Below, one piece after another: positions 10,526 to 20,327 of a stretch of 25,728 bases of DNA. Below the pieces are notes generated by a model. It was given only the letters and a program-made list of their open reading frames with translations. It made no database searches and was not told the DNA's origin. Source of the DNA: an uncultured virus (IMG/VR IMGVR_UViG_3300029305_005254) (lineage: Duplodnaviria; Heunggongvirae; Uroviricota; Caudoviricetes); IMG/VR virus record IMGVR_UViG_3300029305_005254. The stretch is one strand, 5' to 3'. Each line of letters begins with the position of its first letter. Position 1 is the first letter of the stretch. A program made the position numbers and the translations under genes.

Positions 10526-10843
10526 TTATCCTCCTAGCATCTCATACACCTCATACAAATGAGAATCTACCACATCTTCTTTTACAGATTCTAAATCTAC
10601 CCTGTAGGTTCTTTGTATCTCGTCTTCTCCCTTGTCATTCAAAACTGAATTCATTCGTTGCTCATAAGATGAAAGCCTTCTCGACTCTCTTATAATACAA
10701 AATCCTCTATTGTCTATAGGTAAATTAGATACTATTGCAATATATCTATTCCCTGCTTTGACAAATACACAATATTTAAATTTATTCTTTAGTTCTGTAG
10801 GAGTATAATCTTCATTATACATTACACTTCTCTTAATAATCAT
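10526..10843 (-). CDS. hypothetical protein
   Basis: 105-aa ORF with GGAGG RBS. Confidence 0.72.
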   Translation of the reverse strand: MIIKRSVMYNEDYTPTELKNKFKYCVFVKAGNRYIAIVSNLPIDNRGFCIIRESRRLSSYEQRMNSVLNDKGEDEIQRTYRVDLESVKEDVVDSHLYEVYEMLGG

Positions 10844-10857
10844 ATAAATCCTCCAAG

Positions 10858-10890
10858 AAAAAAGGCATAGAAGTCACCTTTCTATGCCTT
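10858..10890 (-). terminator. intrinsic terminator
   Basis: AAGGCATAGAA / TTCTATGCCTT stem with a U-tract on the minus strand, downstream of 10935..11357. Confidence 0.75.
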
Positions 10891-10934
10891 ATCTTAGCAC
10901 ATATTAAACTTAAAAACAATACCTATGCAAGAAA

Positions 10935-11357
10935 CTACATATCCTCATACACTACAGACTCATAACCTGATAAATCAACTATTCTGTTCAGAATATCCAT
11001 GCAATCCTCATCAGATAAACCATAAGACTCTGCGATATCTGGATCTACGTCTCCACCAGCACTTAACTCAATGTAAATCTCACAAGACTCATCTGCATAC
11101 TCAAAGTCTACATCTGGTCCATACTCTGTTACCATATCGTGTAGGAACTCTGTAAACTCATCTCTTGTCATAATAGATTCTGTATCTCTATTATAAAGGA
11201 AGAAAGCCTTTCCACCCTTAAATATTACAGCAACCTCATTACCTTTTGAAGTATCATATAACTGAACTGCTGCTACAAAAGTTCCTTCTGCCTTATGCTC
11301 ATAGAAACCTTCTGCGTCCCAATCCATCTTTACAATAGCATTTTTTATAAAAGCCAT
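10935..11357 (-). CDS. acidic hypothetical protein
   Basis: 140-aa D/E-rich ORF, AGGAGG RBS, TAATG coupling to the J-domain gene. Confidence 0.78.
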   Translation of the reverse strand: MAFIKNAIVKMDWDAEGFYEHKAEGTFVAAVQLYDTSKGNEVAVIFKGGKAFFLYNRDTESIMTRDEFTEFLHDMVTEYGPDVDFEYADESCEIYIELSAGGDVDPDIAESYGLSDEDCMDILNRIVDLSGYESVVYEDM

Positions 11358-11605
11358 TACATCTCCTCCTTGTAAATAGTAAAAAGTGATTTATGTCGCC
11401 ACACACCCTTTTGGTGACTAATAGTAGGGTTTTTGTGGTTACTATTTATGTAATTCCAAGCTTTATTTATAGCTTGAAACTTAGCACTATCTCCTGTTTT
11501 TAAGTTATCTGGGTGATATAACTTACTTAACTTTCTATATGCAAGTTTTATTTCTTCTAAACTAGAGGTAGACTTTACCCCTAAGATTTTATAAGGACTC
11601 AGCAT
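11357..11605 (-). CDS. stand-alone J-domain (DnaJ-type) co-chaperone
   Basis: PYKILGV...EIKLAYRKLSKLYHPD...KFQAINKAW; canonical J-domain with HPD. Confidence 0.92.
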   Translation of the reverse strand: MLSPYKILGVKSTSSLEEIKLAYRKLSKLYHPDNLKTGDSAKFQAINKAWNYINSNHKNPTISHQKGVWRHKSLFTIYKEEM

Positions 11606-11672
11606 TACAACTTAAACCTCCTAAACCTTATATAACCTATTGTATAACTCTTACATAGAAAATACAAGTCAA

Positions 11673-14600
11673 TTAGAATAAATCTTTTAAACCTTTTACA
11701 AAAGATTTAGCTCCATGAACTACTGTCCTACCAACTTTTACACCCACTCCTGCAGTACCTGTAATTGCTGTGCCTGCTAATCCTGCTGTTACTCCTAAAG
11801 CTTTTACTGCTTTGTTGCAATTCTTTTTATTCCACATATTTTTAGTAAATGACCAAGTAGCACCTGTACCTTTAAAACAATGTTTTTCTACTGAGGCTGC
11901 TAAACTATTAGCTCTTCTAGTCATTTCTAATTCTCTTTCTATGGCTTTAACTTCCTCTTTTGTACAGTCCTTATCACCTATTTTTAAACTAGTTAAGTTT
12001 CTTAACACACTAAATAATTCCTCAACAGAATTAATATTTAAGGCTGGTGCAATATAATTTATAAAAGTGTCCTTAGAATCTATATTTAATATACGAAGAT
12101 TTGGCATAGATTTTAAACACTCATAATGGAAAAGACTAGATACATTACCTGCATTTACCTCTCTCCTTATATCATAAGGTATTGATGTTCTACAAGCATC
12201 ACTAATCTGACATCTATAAAAACTATTATTTACTGCGATACTACCACCTTTTACAGTAAATGAATTAAACCTTTCTAACCCACCAAACTCATTTATAATA
12301 CTATTAGTAAAAATATCCATTAATTTACCTAATGTAATTTCCTCGTTATACCCAAATGGTACTCCTATAAAGCTACTTTCAGAAATAACAGTTCTATTTT
12401 CATTAGGGTTAATAGCTTCTTGCATTGAAAGAGAGTTTATATTTACACCCAATTGTTCTAATCTGGATACTAAATTTTGTATTTCTTGTATATTGGCTTG
12501 ATATTGAGAATCATTTAAACTATCATAATTAGTTGCATTAAAACTACTCTCGTTTAAATCATCACTAAAAAGGTCAAACTCTAACTCTTCATCCAATATA
12601 TTAGATAGTCTGTTATCTGCATCTGAAAATGCAGAGTCTTCATTAGAGAAATCTTCATTAGACTCACTAACAAGATTTAAGAAAGACTTTTCCTCTTCTG
12701 AAACCTCTTCTGTACTGTTAAGTACCTTGTAATCTGATAAATTAAGCCTAACATCACTTACATCATACATAAACTTATATAAATCTCGCTCATATCCCAA
12801 AGATTCTATAGAGTCTAAAGCCATACCCCATGAACGACATAGAGGTTCTTTGATGTTACCCCCTAATAATTTGTTTACATAAGCTGGAAAACCTATCTCT
12901 GGTACTACATCACCCTCTACACCATTTCTGTATACTTTATTATAAGCTAATGGGTTAGTACTTACACACCTCGCTGCAGATGCTGTAGAGCTATCATTAA
13001 GTAGCAAGAAAGGTCTAAAAACAGGTGAAGATGAAGAGATCTCGCCACTCTCAGCCATAGCAAAGTACCTATAACTATCAAATAAACTTTTATTTGTCTC
13101 AGAAAAACTATATGCTTCAGCCATACCTACAGCTCCTGATGCATCAGCACCTTTACCTGCAAACTTAACAGTATTAGAATCTGAAACTAACTTATATAGT
13201 ACTGACATAAAATAATACTTATTGTCTTTACTTCTTATAGCATCTAAACTAGCTTTTTTTAACCAATCTGGTTGCCATATAAATAACAACTTGGAATTGG
13301 ATAATCTTAACTCTGCTGTCTTAGCTGTTACTATCTTATCCATAACACCAATAGCATATGATACAAAATCTCTAGCATACTTTATAGACTCATCTGTATT
13401 TACAGTACCCTTTGTTTCTTGGCTTGATTTTAATAACTTAGTTCTATCTGCGATAAAACCACCATCACCATTATCACCCTTGAATGCAACTGTTAACAAT
13501 TGAACCTGCTCTGCCAATCTACCAATCTCATCAAAGATAAATAGTATGTAATCATCAGGTGCTACACCCTGTTCTTTCCTCATTATACTAATGAAATATG
13601 CTAAGTGTATATTTCTTAAGTAACAATAAGTTTTTACAAACAATTTCTCATAACCCTTCTCTTGTAAAAACTCTAATATTGGAGTAGGTAACTTAGCATA
13701 CATATATTGATATATGTCGAACCTTGATTCCACCTGACTTAAAGTACCACTTGCATCACCATCGAAAGCTAAAACATTCTCTCCTTCAGCAACATCCCAT
13801 AATACACTTGCCATATCTGGTTTACAATCTGCATACATAACTGGAATGTTTGATGCTAGGGCAGATGCTAAAAGATTAAGAGTCATAACACCTTTACCAC
13901 TACCACTACCTGCCATTATATTATAGATAGTTTTTTGTTGTGCTCCAAATTTACCAAAAACCAATTCATCTTTAGTATTCTTACCTATAAGAATGTTATC
14001 CCAAGAAAGTTTAATACCTTGTTCTTGTAGAATAGGTAATGCTTCATATGCAAACAATGGAGAGTTGTAATAAGACTCTGCATCTATTACAAAATTGATA
14101 TAAAATACATCGTTAAGCTTACCACCTGGATTATTGGCACTTGGACTCTCTACCGATGTTTTAGTTTTAAAAAGAAAACCTTCATTTATTACACTCTGGA
14201 ATGCGTTAATATTTAACGCTCTAGACTCATTAGGGTGTACAGAACTATCCAAGCATATTCTCATCTTTAAAACTACTCCTGGAATGTAGTCATCCACAAG
14301 GATACAAGTTTTTATACTAGCTATGTACTCTAATACTAAACTAGATACAAAACTTCTATCATTCTTTTGCTCTTCTGGTAAAGCTTTAATTAACTTATAT
14401 AAAGTATTTTTTGTTCTATCTTTTATGTAAGTCTCGAATTCTTTATAGCTTGTAGATTTAGTGTCTCTGTTACCAAAATACCCATACATATTTGCTAAAT
14501 GGTATTTTATGAACATAGGTATTCCTGCATACTCCTCTATTTCTGTTGGAGATACCATACTATTAAACCTAGCTGTGCAATCAATCTTCCCCAAACAAGA

Positions 14601-15284
14601 CTCAATTGTACTATAAACCATTGACAGCTCTGAAATAGAATCTTCATCTAAACTTTTAAGTTTAGATATATTTCCACTTAAAGTATAAATACCTTCTGGT
14701 GTAAGTATTCCTTTCGGTCTACTATTCTTGTAACATACCTCATATAAAGATTTATAGCTATCTAATAATTCATCCACCTTATTGTTTATAAATGATAAGT
14801 ATTTATTAGTAGCTACATCTGACTTCTCTACCTCACCAACATCATCTGTATCTCTAGGAGTAATACTCTCTTCTTCAGTCTTTTCTTTTTCTTTAATATC
14901 TTCTTTTTCTTTAATATCTTCTTTTTCAGCTTTTTCTTTATGACTATCTTGTATTATATTTAAACCTATACCATTTCTCTGTCTTAACTCCTCTAATGAG
15001 ACCATTCTAGCTGGTTTACCGAAGGCTTTAGCAACTAACAATGCACCATTAAGAGAAACTAAAGCCTCTCCATAAGACTCATCTATCATACTTGTTAATA
15101 TGGATATAGTATTATCTAATATAATTTCTGATAATTCAGAATTAGATCCATTTAATCTGATACTGCTTATACAAGATATACCTAAATCAGCACATTCACT
15201 ATAACAACCTTCAGCTACAGCTATACTTTCAAATACTTTCTCACAATTTAAGTTAAAACCTTTTATAATTTTTGAATAAGACAT
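11673..15284 (-). CDS. large P-loop ATPase of the FtsK/HerA/VirB4-like superfamily
   Basis: Walker A IMAGSGSGKG, followed by MYADCKPD, Walker B LFIFDE; acidic linker; Gly/Ala/Thr-rich amphipathic C-terminus. Confidence 0.7.
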   Translation of the reverse strand: MSYSKIIKGFNLNCEKVFESIAVAEGCYSECADLGISCISSIRLNGSNSELSEIILDNTISILTSMIDESYGEALVSLNGALLVAKAFGKPARMVSLEELRQRNGIGLNIIQDSHKEKAEKEDIKEKEDIKEKEKTEEESITPRDTDDVGEVEKSDVATNKYLSFINNKVDELLDSYKSLYEVCYKNSRPKGILTPEGIYTLSGNISKLKSLDEDSISELSMVYSTIESCLGKIDCTARFNSMVSPTEIEEYAGIPMFIKYHLANMYGYFGNRDTKSTSYKEFETYIKDRTKNTLYKLIKALPEEQKNDRSFVSSLVLEYIASIKTCILVDDYIPGVVLKMRICLDSSVHPNESRALNINAFQSVINEGFLFKTKTSVESPSANNPGGKLNDVFYINFVIDAESYYNSPLFAYEALPILQEQGIKLSWDNILIGKNTKDELVFGKFGAQQKTIYNIMAGSGSGKGVMTLNLLASALASNIPVMYADCKPDMASVLWDVAEGENVLAFDGDASGTLSQVESRFDIYQYMYAKLPTPILEFLQEKGYEKLFVKTYCYLRNIHLAYFISIMRKEQGVAPDDYILFIFDEIGRLAEQVQLLTVAFKGDNGDGGFIADRTKLLKSSQETKGTVNTDESIKYARDFVSYAIGVMDKIVTAKTAELRLSNSKLLFIWQPDWLKKASLDAIRSKDNKYYFMSVLYKLVSDSNTVKFAGKGADASGAVGMAEAYSFSETNKSLFDSYRYFAMAESGEISSSSPVFRPFLLLNDSSTASAARCVSTNPLAYNKVYRNGVEGDVVPEIGFPAYVNKLLGGNIKEPLCRSWGMALDSIESLGYERDLYKFMYDVSDVRLNLSDYKVLNSTEEVSEEEKSFLNLVSESNEDFSNEDSAFSDADNRLSNILDEELEFDLFSDDLNESSFNATNYDSLNDSQYQANIQEIQNLVSRLEQLGVNINSLSMQEAINPNENRTVISESSFIGVPFGYNEEITLGKLMDIFTNSIINEFGGLERFNSFTVKGGSIAVNNSFYRCQISDACRTSIPYDIRREVNAGNVSSLFHYECLKSMPNLRILNIDSKDTFINYIAPALNINSVEELFSVLRNLTSLKIGDKDCTKEEVKAIERELEMTRRANSLAASVEKHCFKGTGATWSFTKNMWNKKNCNKAVKALGVTAGLAGTAITGTAGVGVKVGRTVVHGAKSFVKGLKDLF
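14884..14919. repeat. in-frame 18-bp tandem duplication (EKEDIK x2)
   Basis: TCTTTTTCTTTAATATCT twice, inside the ATPase gene. Confidence 0.7.
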
Positions 15285-15290
15285 TTAACC

Positions 15291-16511
15291 CTACCTCCTT
15301 ACCTCTGATTGACCTGTTATGTCTAGTAAGAAATCTAAGACAATACCAATCTGATTTGAATTTATTAAACCCTTTAACCAATAGAATATATAATCTGAAC
15401 TACTATAATCAGGGGCATTATATTTTACTGCTCCAATTAAATAAAGATGTTTACATTCTGGTATTTTATGATTTTTAGGAGTTATAGTATTCTCTATTAA
15501 ATACTTTAAGAAGTCTTTTGTGTCTAACAAACCATCACCATTTTGTGCCCTCTCAATAACCTCATCAAAATCGACATCCTTATCATCATCTAAGATACAT
15601 CTCCATTTCTTCAGAAGCTCTACATAGTATTTCTCTTTAGAACTTGGACTAGGTCCTAAAATACTAATTAACATCTTTTGAGGGATAGCTATATCTGGTT
15701 GTAGCCTACAGTCTTCTAATAGTTCACCTATACCTTTCCCAACCGATGTATAACAATATTTTCCATCTGGAGTATATTTTACAGATAAGACAGAATCTCT
15801 TATCTTAATTATTTTTACTAAGCTTGGTAGGTTTTTTAAGTCCTCCTTTATCATAACTTTATACGCTGAAAGAAGAGCCTTATCCTTAGCATCTGAAAGA
15901 GTCTTCTCCATTTTAGAACTTACAGTGTTTTTTACTTTAGTTAACCAAGCACTTAATACCCCTCTTTCTGCATCCACTGAATATATATCTGGTCTTAAGT
16001 TATACTTTTTATACCAATCATCATTCTCGGCAGATACTACCTCTAAAGGCATCTGTCTAGTTGAATCTAAAGCAAAAGTATAATCAACTACCCCATTTAT
16101 TCTAGCATTAGAATACTTATTGTAAGCCTCTGATAAGTTAACCTCATTAGTGTACCCGTAGAATCTCAGTCTAGACATAGATGACTTTAATGTTTGTATA
16201 TAATACTCTAAATTAAATATACCTTGATAGTTTTTAAAAGCATTATCTACATATATCTCCTCTAAACAAGATAACTGTTTCTTTGCCAAGATATTGTGTA
16301 AAGAACCTTGACTTCCATTCTTCTGTATGTCTGGTATAGAAACATTCATATCTAATTGCAATATTTTAGGGTTTCTTGTGTGATAAGCTATCATTATTGA
16401 ACCCCTAGTAATAAAAATAGCCTTAATAAGATTAGGTGACCAATTCTTAGGTATTGAACTATCGTTCTTTGTTTCTAAGACTGCTAATCTTAATTCTTGA
16501 TACATATACAT
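15291..16511 (-). CDS. hypothetical protein
   Basis: 406-aa ORF with GAGGAGG RBS. Confidence 0.8.
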   Translation of the reverse strand: MYMYQELRLAVLETKNDSSIPKNWSPNLIKAIFITRGSIMIAYHTRNPKILQLDMNVSIPDIQKNGSQGSLHNILAKKQLSCLEEIYVDNAFKNYQGIFNLEYYIQTLKSSMSRLRFYGYTNEVNLSEAYNKYSNARINGVVDYTFALDSTRQMPLEVVSAENDDWYKKYNLRPDIYSVDAERGVLSAWLTKVKNTVSSKMEKTLSDAKDKALLSAYKVMIKEDLKNLPSLVKIIKIRDSVLSVKYTPDGKYCYTSVGKGIGELLEDCRLQPDIAIPQKMLISILGPSPSSKEKYYVELLKKWRCILDDDKDVDFDEVIERAQNGDGLLDTKDFLKYLIENTITPKNHKIPECKHLYLIGAVKYNAPDYSSSDYIFYWLKGLINSNQIGIVLDFLLDITGQSEVRR

Positions 16512-16599
16512 AAAAGTTACCTCCTCAATAAAATTAACCTGAAAAACATATAGAATTCTCTTCCTAATTGCATATAATTCTATTTTACAATTTTACAAC

Positions 16600-16634
16600 A
16601 AAAAAGGCATCTCTAGTAATTTACTAAAGATGCC
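16600..16634 (-). terminator. intrinsic terminator
   Basis: GGCATCTCTAGTAA-T-TTACTAAAGATGCC stem plus U-tract on the minus strand, closing the SbcCD/clamp operon. Confidence 0.75.
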
Positions 16635-16647
16635 CTAAACTCTACTA

Positions 16648-17355
16648 TTATTCTGCGACTTCTTCCTCGGTGTAATTTTCATCAAGTATAGATAAATCTA
16701 CATCACCTAAATAAATACAAGTATCATCATAGTCGCCTTCTACAGCTATCATACGGGATTCAGTTCCTCGTTTCTCAACATTATATACTTTACCAATATC
16801 ATTAAGGCTATATTCAACAAATATAAACTGGAAACCACCCTTAACAAATATCTCTATAATATGACTCATAAACTTCTTAGCTGCTGTATGTAATCCATTT
16901 AATCTCTCATCTAGTATTAATAGTCGTCTACCTTTTCTAATCTCAATTAGACAGATAACATACATAAAACTTATAATCTGATTAAGACCTGTACCACACT
17001 GTGTAGATGTATCAAGAATATTACCTTCACCGTCTTTTAACTCTATTGTTACGTGAGGTTTACTACCTGCGTATAACTTACGAGTCATACTTACACTATA
17101 AATATCATGAGGAAATATCTCTGAGAGTACCTTATTTATCATACCTGTAATAAAATTAAGTACCCTATTAGTATTTTCATCAGCAACTGTAGACAAAATC
17201 TTCTGTGCATTTAACATACGCACATACAGTGTCTGAGATTCTACTAACTTTTGATTAAGCTGAAGAACTTCTTGTTCTAATACCTTTTTAGATTTTAAAG
17301 TATTCTTCATTACACCAATTATAGATGCATAAGATAAATTTGTCTGCTGCTGCAT
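16648..17355 (-). CDS. SbcC/Rad50 (T4 gp46-like) ABC-ATPase, C-terminal half
   Basis: Short coiled coil, divergent signature QCGTGLNQII, Walker B RLLILDE; likely start MQQQ at 17355 with AAGGAGG RBS (ORF track extends to 17418). Confidence 0.75.
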   Translation of the reverse strand: MQQQTNLSYASIIGVMKNTLKSKKVLEQEVLQLNQKLVESQTLYVRMLNAQKILSTVADENTNRVLNFITGMINKVLSEIFPHDIYSVSMTRKLYAGSKPHVTIELKDGEGNILDTSTQCGTGLNQIISFMYVICLIEIRKGRRLLILDERLNGLHTAAKKFMSHIIEIFVKGGFQFIFVEYSLNDIGKVYNVEKRGTESRMIAVEGDYDDTCIYLGDVDLSILDENYTEEEVAE

Positions 17356-17365
17356 AATACCCTCC

Positions 17366-18520
17366 TTACTTAGATACTTGCATATTTGAGAACCAAGCTC
17401 CTGTAGAATCTGATGCATACATTAAGTAACCTCTTGTTGTAGGTACAAAATATAGGAATATATCACCTGAGAATATATCATCTCTACCTAATATTACTTT
17501 CTCTAATATAGGAATAGAAATGTTGAAACCTATTCCACTAACACCATCCTTAGCATTGTTAACTGGTATTACCTGATGGAAATTAGAATTCTCAACCTGT
17601 ATTGAGCCATCCTCAAGAATAAGAACCTTACCATCTGTTGAAAGATTACCCATTCTCTTTAATACATCTTTAAGGTAAAGTCTATCTACAACCACTCCAA
17701 GGTCCTTAGACTTCTTCTCTACATACATCTTATAATTTACCTTAATACGCTGGAACTTCATGAAAGCCTCAGTTGAACCTACCTGTACACAAAGATATTT
17801 ATCTTCCATTTTAGCAACACATACACCCTCAGCAGATGCTTCACTCAACTTCTTAAGGAAAGATGTAGATGAGTATGTAAGGGCAATTCCCTTCATAGCA
17901 TCTGGTAACTTGTTTGGCATAAAGGCTGACATATATGAAGTGATAACAAATACATAATCCTCTGCGAAGTTAATCTTACTTGCCATAGAGCTGCTACTAT
18001 CATTAGCCATAATAGGAAACAATGTTTCAATGTAGAGAGATAAATCTCCACCTGGCAACATCTCCCCATTCTCAGGAAACTCAGTCTTTATCTCAGACAT
18101 AACCTTTCCTGTAATAGGTGCTGTTTCAAGATAGAAGTTACTATCCTGCTCGAGCTTAGCATACTCTTCGCTGATAGGCTCTTCATGAATATTTACCCCT
18201 ATTCTAACTCCTTCATCGTAGAAATACATAGCTGAAACCTTTGTTCTATACAATGATGAGAAACTTGAAACAATCTTATTAAGCTCCTGAGCCTTTACCT
18301 GGAATGACCAACCCTCTTCTGGAATATCTTCCTCTATTGACCACTCTTCTAATTCAGTTCTTGAAAAGATGAAAGCACTGAATCCAATAACCTTAAAAGA
18401 ATCTTTACTAATAGTAAAGATAAAGTTCTTTGATTTCTCATCCACAGACTTATCACTTAATACAGTATTTGCATAAGATAAAGCCTTTGAAAGTTCATTA
18501 AAGTTAACCTTTATTTTCAT
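17366..18520 (-). CDS. DNA polymerase sliding clamp (DnaN/beta-like)
   Basis: 384 aa, beta-clamp size; N-terminus MKIKVNFNELSKALSYAN, and third-domain-like VDRLYLKDVLKRM and IGFNISIPILEKV; replication gene context. Confidence 0.68.
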   Translation of the reverse strand: MKIKVNFNELSKALSYANTVLSDKSVDEKSKNFIFTISKDSFKVIGFSAFIFSRTELEEWSIEEDIPEEGWSFQVKAQELNKIVSSFSSLYRTKVSAMYFYDEGVRIGVNIHEEPISEEYAKLEQDSNFYLETAPITGKVMSEIKTEFPENGEMLPGGDLSLYIETLFPIMANDSSSSMASKINFAEDYVFVITSYMSAFMPNKLPDAMKGIALTYSSTSFLKKLSEASAEGVCVAKMEDKYLCVQVGSTEAFMKFQRIKVNYKMYVEKKSKDLGVVVDRLYLKDVLKRMGNLSTDGKVLILEDGSIQVENSNFHQVIPVNNAKDGVSGIGFNISIPILEKVILGRDDIFSGDIFLYFVPTTRGYLMYASDSTGAWFSNMQVSK

Positions 18521-18534
18521 AATACAACCTCCTG

Positions 18535-19299
18535 CTACTTACCAAACTTAGTTCCTGAGAGCATATCTCCAAAACCGAAGTCTTCATCCATATCATCTTC
18601 ATCATCTTCTACTATGAGATTTCCGATATTAAGACCACTCGTTAAATCCTCTGATGCCTCCTGAATAGATGAACCCTTAATAGCATTAACATCAGTCTTA
18701 GTCACATTTGCAACACTCTGAAGAAAATCATTAGCAGATACTGAAACAGTATCCTCACCTAAACCAAAATCTTCTTCCTCTTCTACAACCTCTTCATCAT
18801 CTTCCATAGAGAAAGAATCAGCCATAGCCTGTAAATCCATCTCTTCTTCCTCTTCAGGCTCCTCTGGGATAGCTAAAGCATCTTCATCTACACTAGGATA
18901 TAAAACCTCTGTACCATCCTGAGCAGATGCATTTATACCCTCATTGATAATATCTTCTACAACCTGAGTAGCTATCTCTTCCTGTTCATCAACTGTAATA
19001 CCCATAAGTTTGTTAGCATAGTCGTAATCACCATCTTCGATAGCCTTTACTACCTTCTCCTTAAGGGCATACTCCTCATTTACAACCTTAGTAACACTAT
19101 CAATCTCAGCTTTAATCTTAGCCTGAGTTACCTTAATGTTATCCCCTAAAAGGTTTACACCAAAGGAATCGTTATACTCCTTCAGCTCCTGCTCGAGTCT
19201 CTTCTGTAAGAGCTCTTGCTGTGTCTTTACCTTAGTTCTCTCAAGATTGATTTTCTCAATCTTACTGTTTAAGGCTTCTACCTCTTTTACACTTGCCAT
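18535..19299 (-). CDS. coiled-coil protein with long acidic C-terminal tail
   Basis: N-terminal heptads (LNSKIEKINLERTKVKTQQELLQKRLEQEL); D/E-rich C-terminal half; GGAGG RBS. Confidence 0.8.
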   Translation of the reverse strand: MASVKEVEALNSKIEKINLERTKVKTQQELLQKRLEQELKEYNDSFGVNLLGDNIKVTQAKIKAEIDSVTKVVNEEYALKEKVVKAIEDGDYDYANKLMGITVDEQEEIATQVVEDIINEGINASAQDGTEVLYPSVDEDALAIPEEPEEEEEMDLQAMADSFSMEDDEEVVEEEEDFGLGEDTVSVSANDFLQSVANVTKTDVNAIKGSSIQEASEDLTSGLNIGNLIVEDDEDDMDEDFGFGDMLSGTKFGK

Positions 19300-19301
19300 C
19301 T

Positions 19302-20327
19302 TTATCCCTCCATTGCCATTCTTAAATATTTCTTTGCAATCTCTTTCTCTTCCTTATCTGCTGGTATAATATCTATCTGCTTGAATAAATCACCAGTTAC
19401 GATACGACTGTTCATAACCTCTTCCACAACGACATCTAAAGCCTCTGCGTGACGCTCTTCTTCAGTCTTCTCTTTAGCTTCACCTACAAATGAAGAATCT
19501 TCAAAGAATACCTCTGATGCCGGTGGTAAACCCATTAACTTAGCATCATACCCTGTTGATTTTGATTCTGAATTATATTCAAATATAGCATACCAACAAT
19601 CATCAAATCTCTCTGCTGTTCTTGATGGACTACCTACATAGAATAATCCTACAGACTCACCATTTGGTAACTCAGTATATAACATTTCTTCAGATGGAAT
19701 ATGTATGTGACCTGAGAAAACCAAATCTACTCCACAGAAATTGTTAAGCTTCTTTAACTCAACTGCTGCTTTTGATGAGTACCATTCAGTAACTCCTTCA
19801 ATGTAATAATCTGCATGTCCTAAAACAACATTAGATGCATCTGAAGATGTTAAAGTTAACTGCTTTCTCTCATCACCATAATTTACAAAGTGAAATCTCA
19901 ACTCTGTGCTACCATCACCTACATAATCTACATACAAAGGATTCTTTATGTACCCTAAGGTTACTAACATATCAAAGTCTGAAAAATCACCCATCTCGTG
20001 ATTACCTTTTACAGAATACAAATTACCTTTAGTTAGATTGTATAATGTTCCAAAGAATGCTAGTACTCTAGTAAGGAATTGTCTATCCTTAATAGTTCTT
20101 TCATTTACACCACAAAGGTCTCCTAAGAATATAACTGCACTTGGCTTCTCTTCCTTTACAATCTTTAAGATTAACTGCATAGTTATGTAGCAATCCTGAA
20201 TGTAAGATTTGTGCTTACCTTCATAAGTTGAGCTGAAGTGTAAATCACCAAATAAAAGAACCTTACCACCATTTATAGTATAAGATTTTCTCTCTGTACT
20301 CTCAACGATATTAAACTCCAACTGCAC
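19302..20327 (-). CDS. SbcD/Mre11 (T4 gp47-like) metallophosphoesterase nuclease
   Basis: Motifs GDLH, LGD, GNHE, GH, SGHIH and VGSP; adjacent to the SbcC half genes. Confidence 0.88.
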   Translation of the reverse strand: MQLEFNIVESTERKSYTINGGKVLLFGDLHFSSTYEGKHKSYIQDCYITMQLILKIVKEEKPSAVIFLGDLCGVNERTIKDRQFLTRVLAFFGTLYNLTKGNLYSVKGNHEMGDFSDFDMLVTLGYIKNPLYVDYVGDGSTELRFHFVNYGDERKQLTLTSSDASNVVLGHADYYIEGVTEWYSSKAAVELKKLNNFCGVDLVFSGHIHIPSEEMLYTELPNGESVGLFYVGSPSRTAERFDDCWYAIFEYNSESKSTGYDAKLMGLPPASEVFFEDSSFVGEAKEKTEEERHAEALDVVVEEVMNSRIVTGDLFKQIDIIPADKEEKEIAKKYLRMAMEG

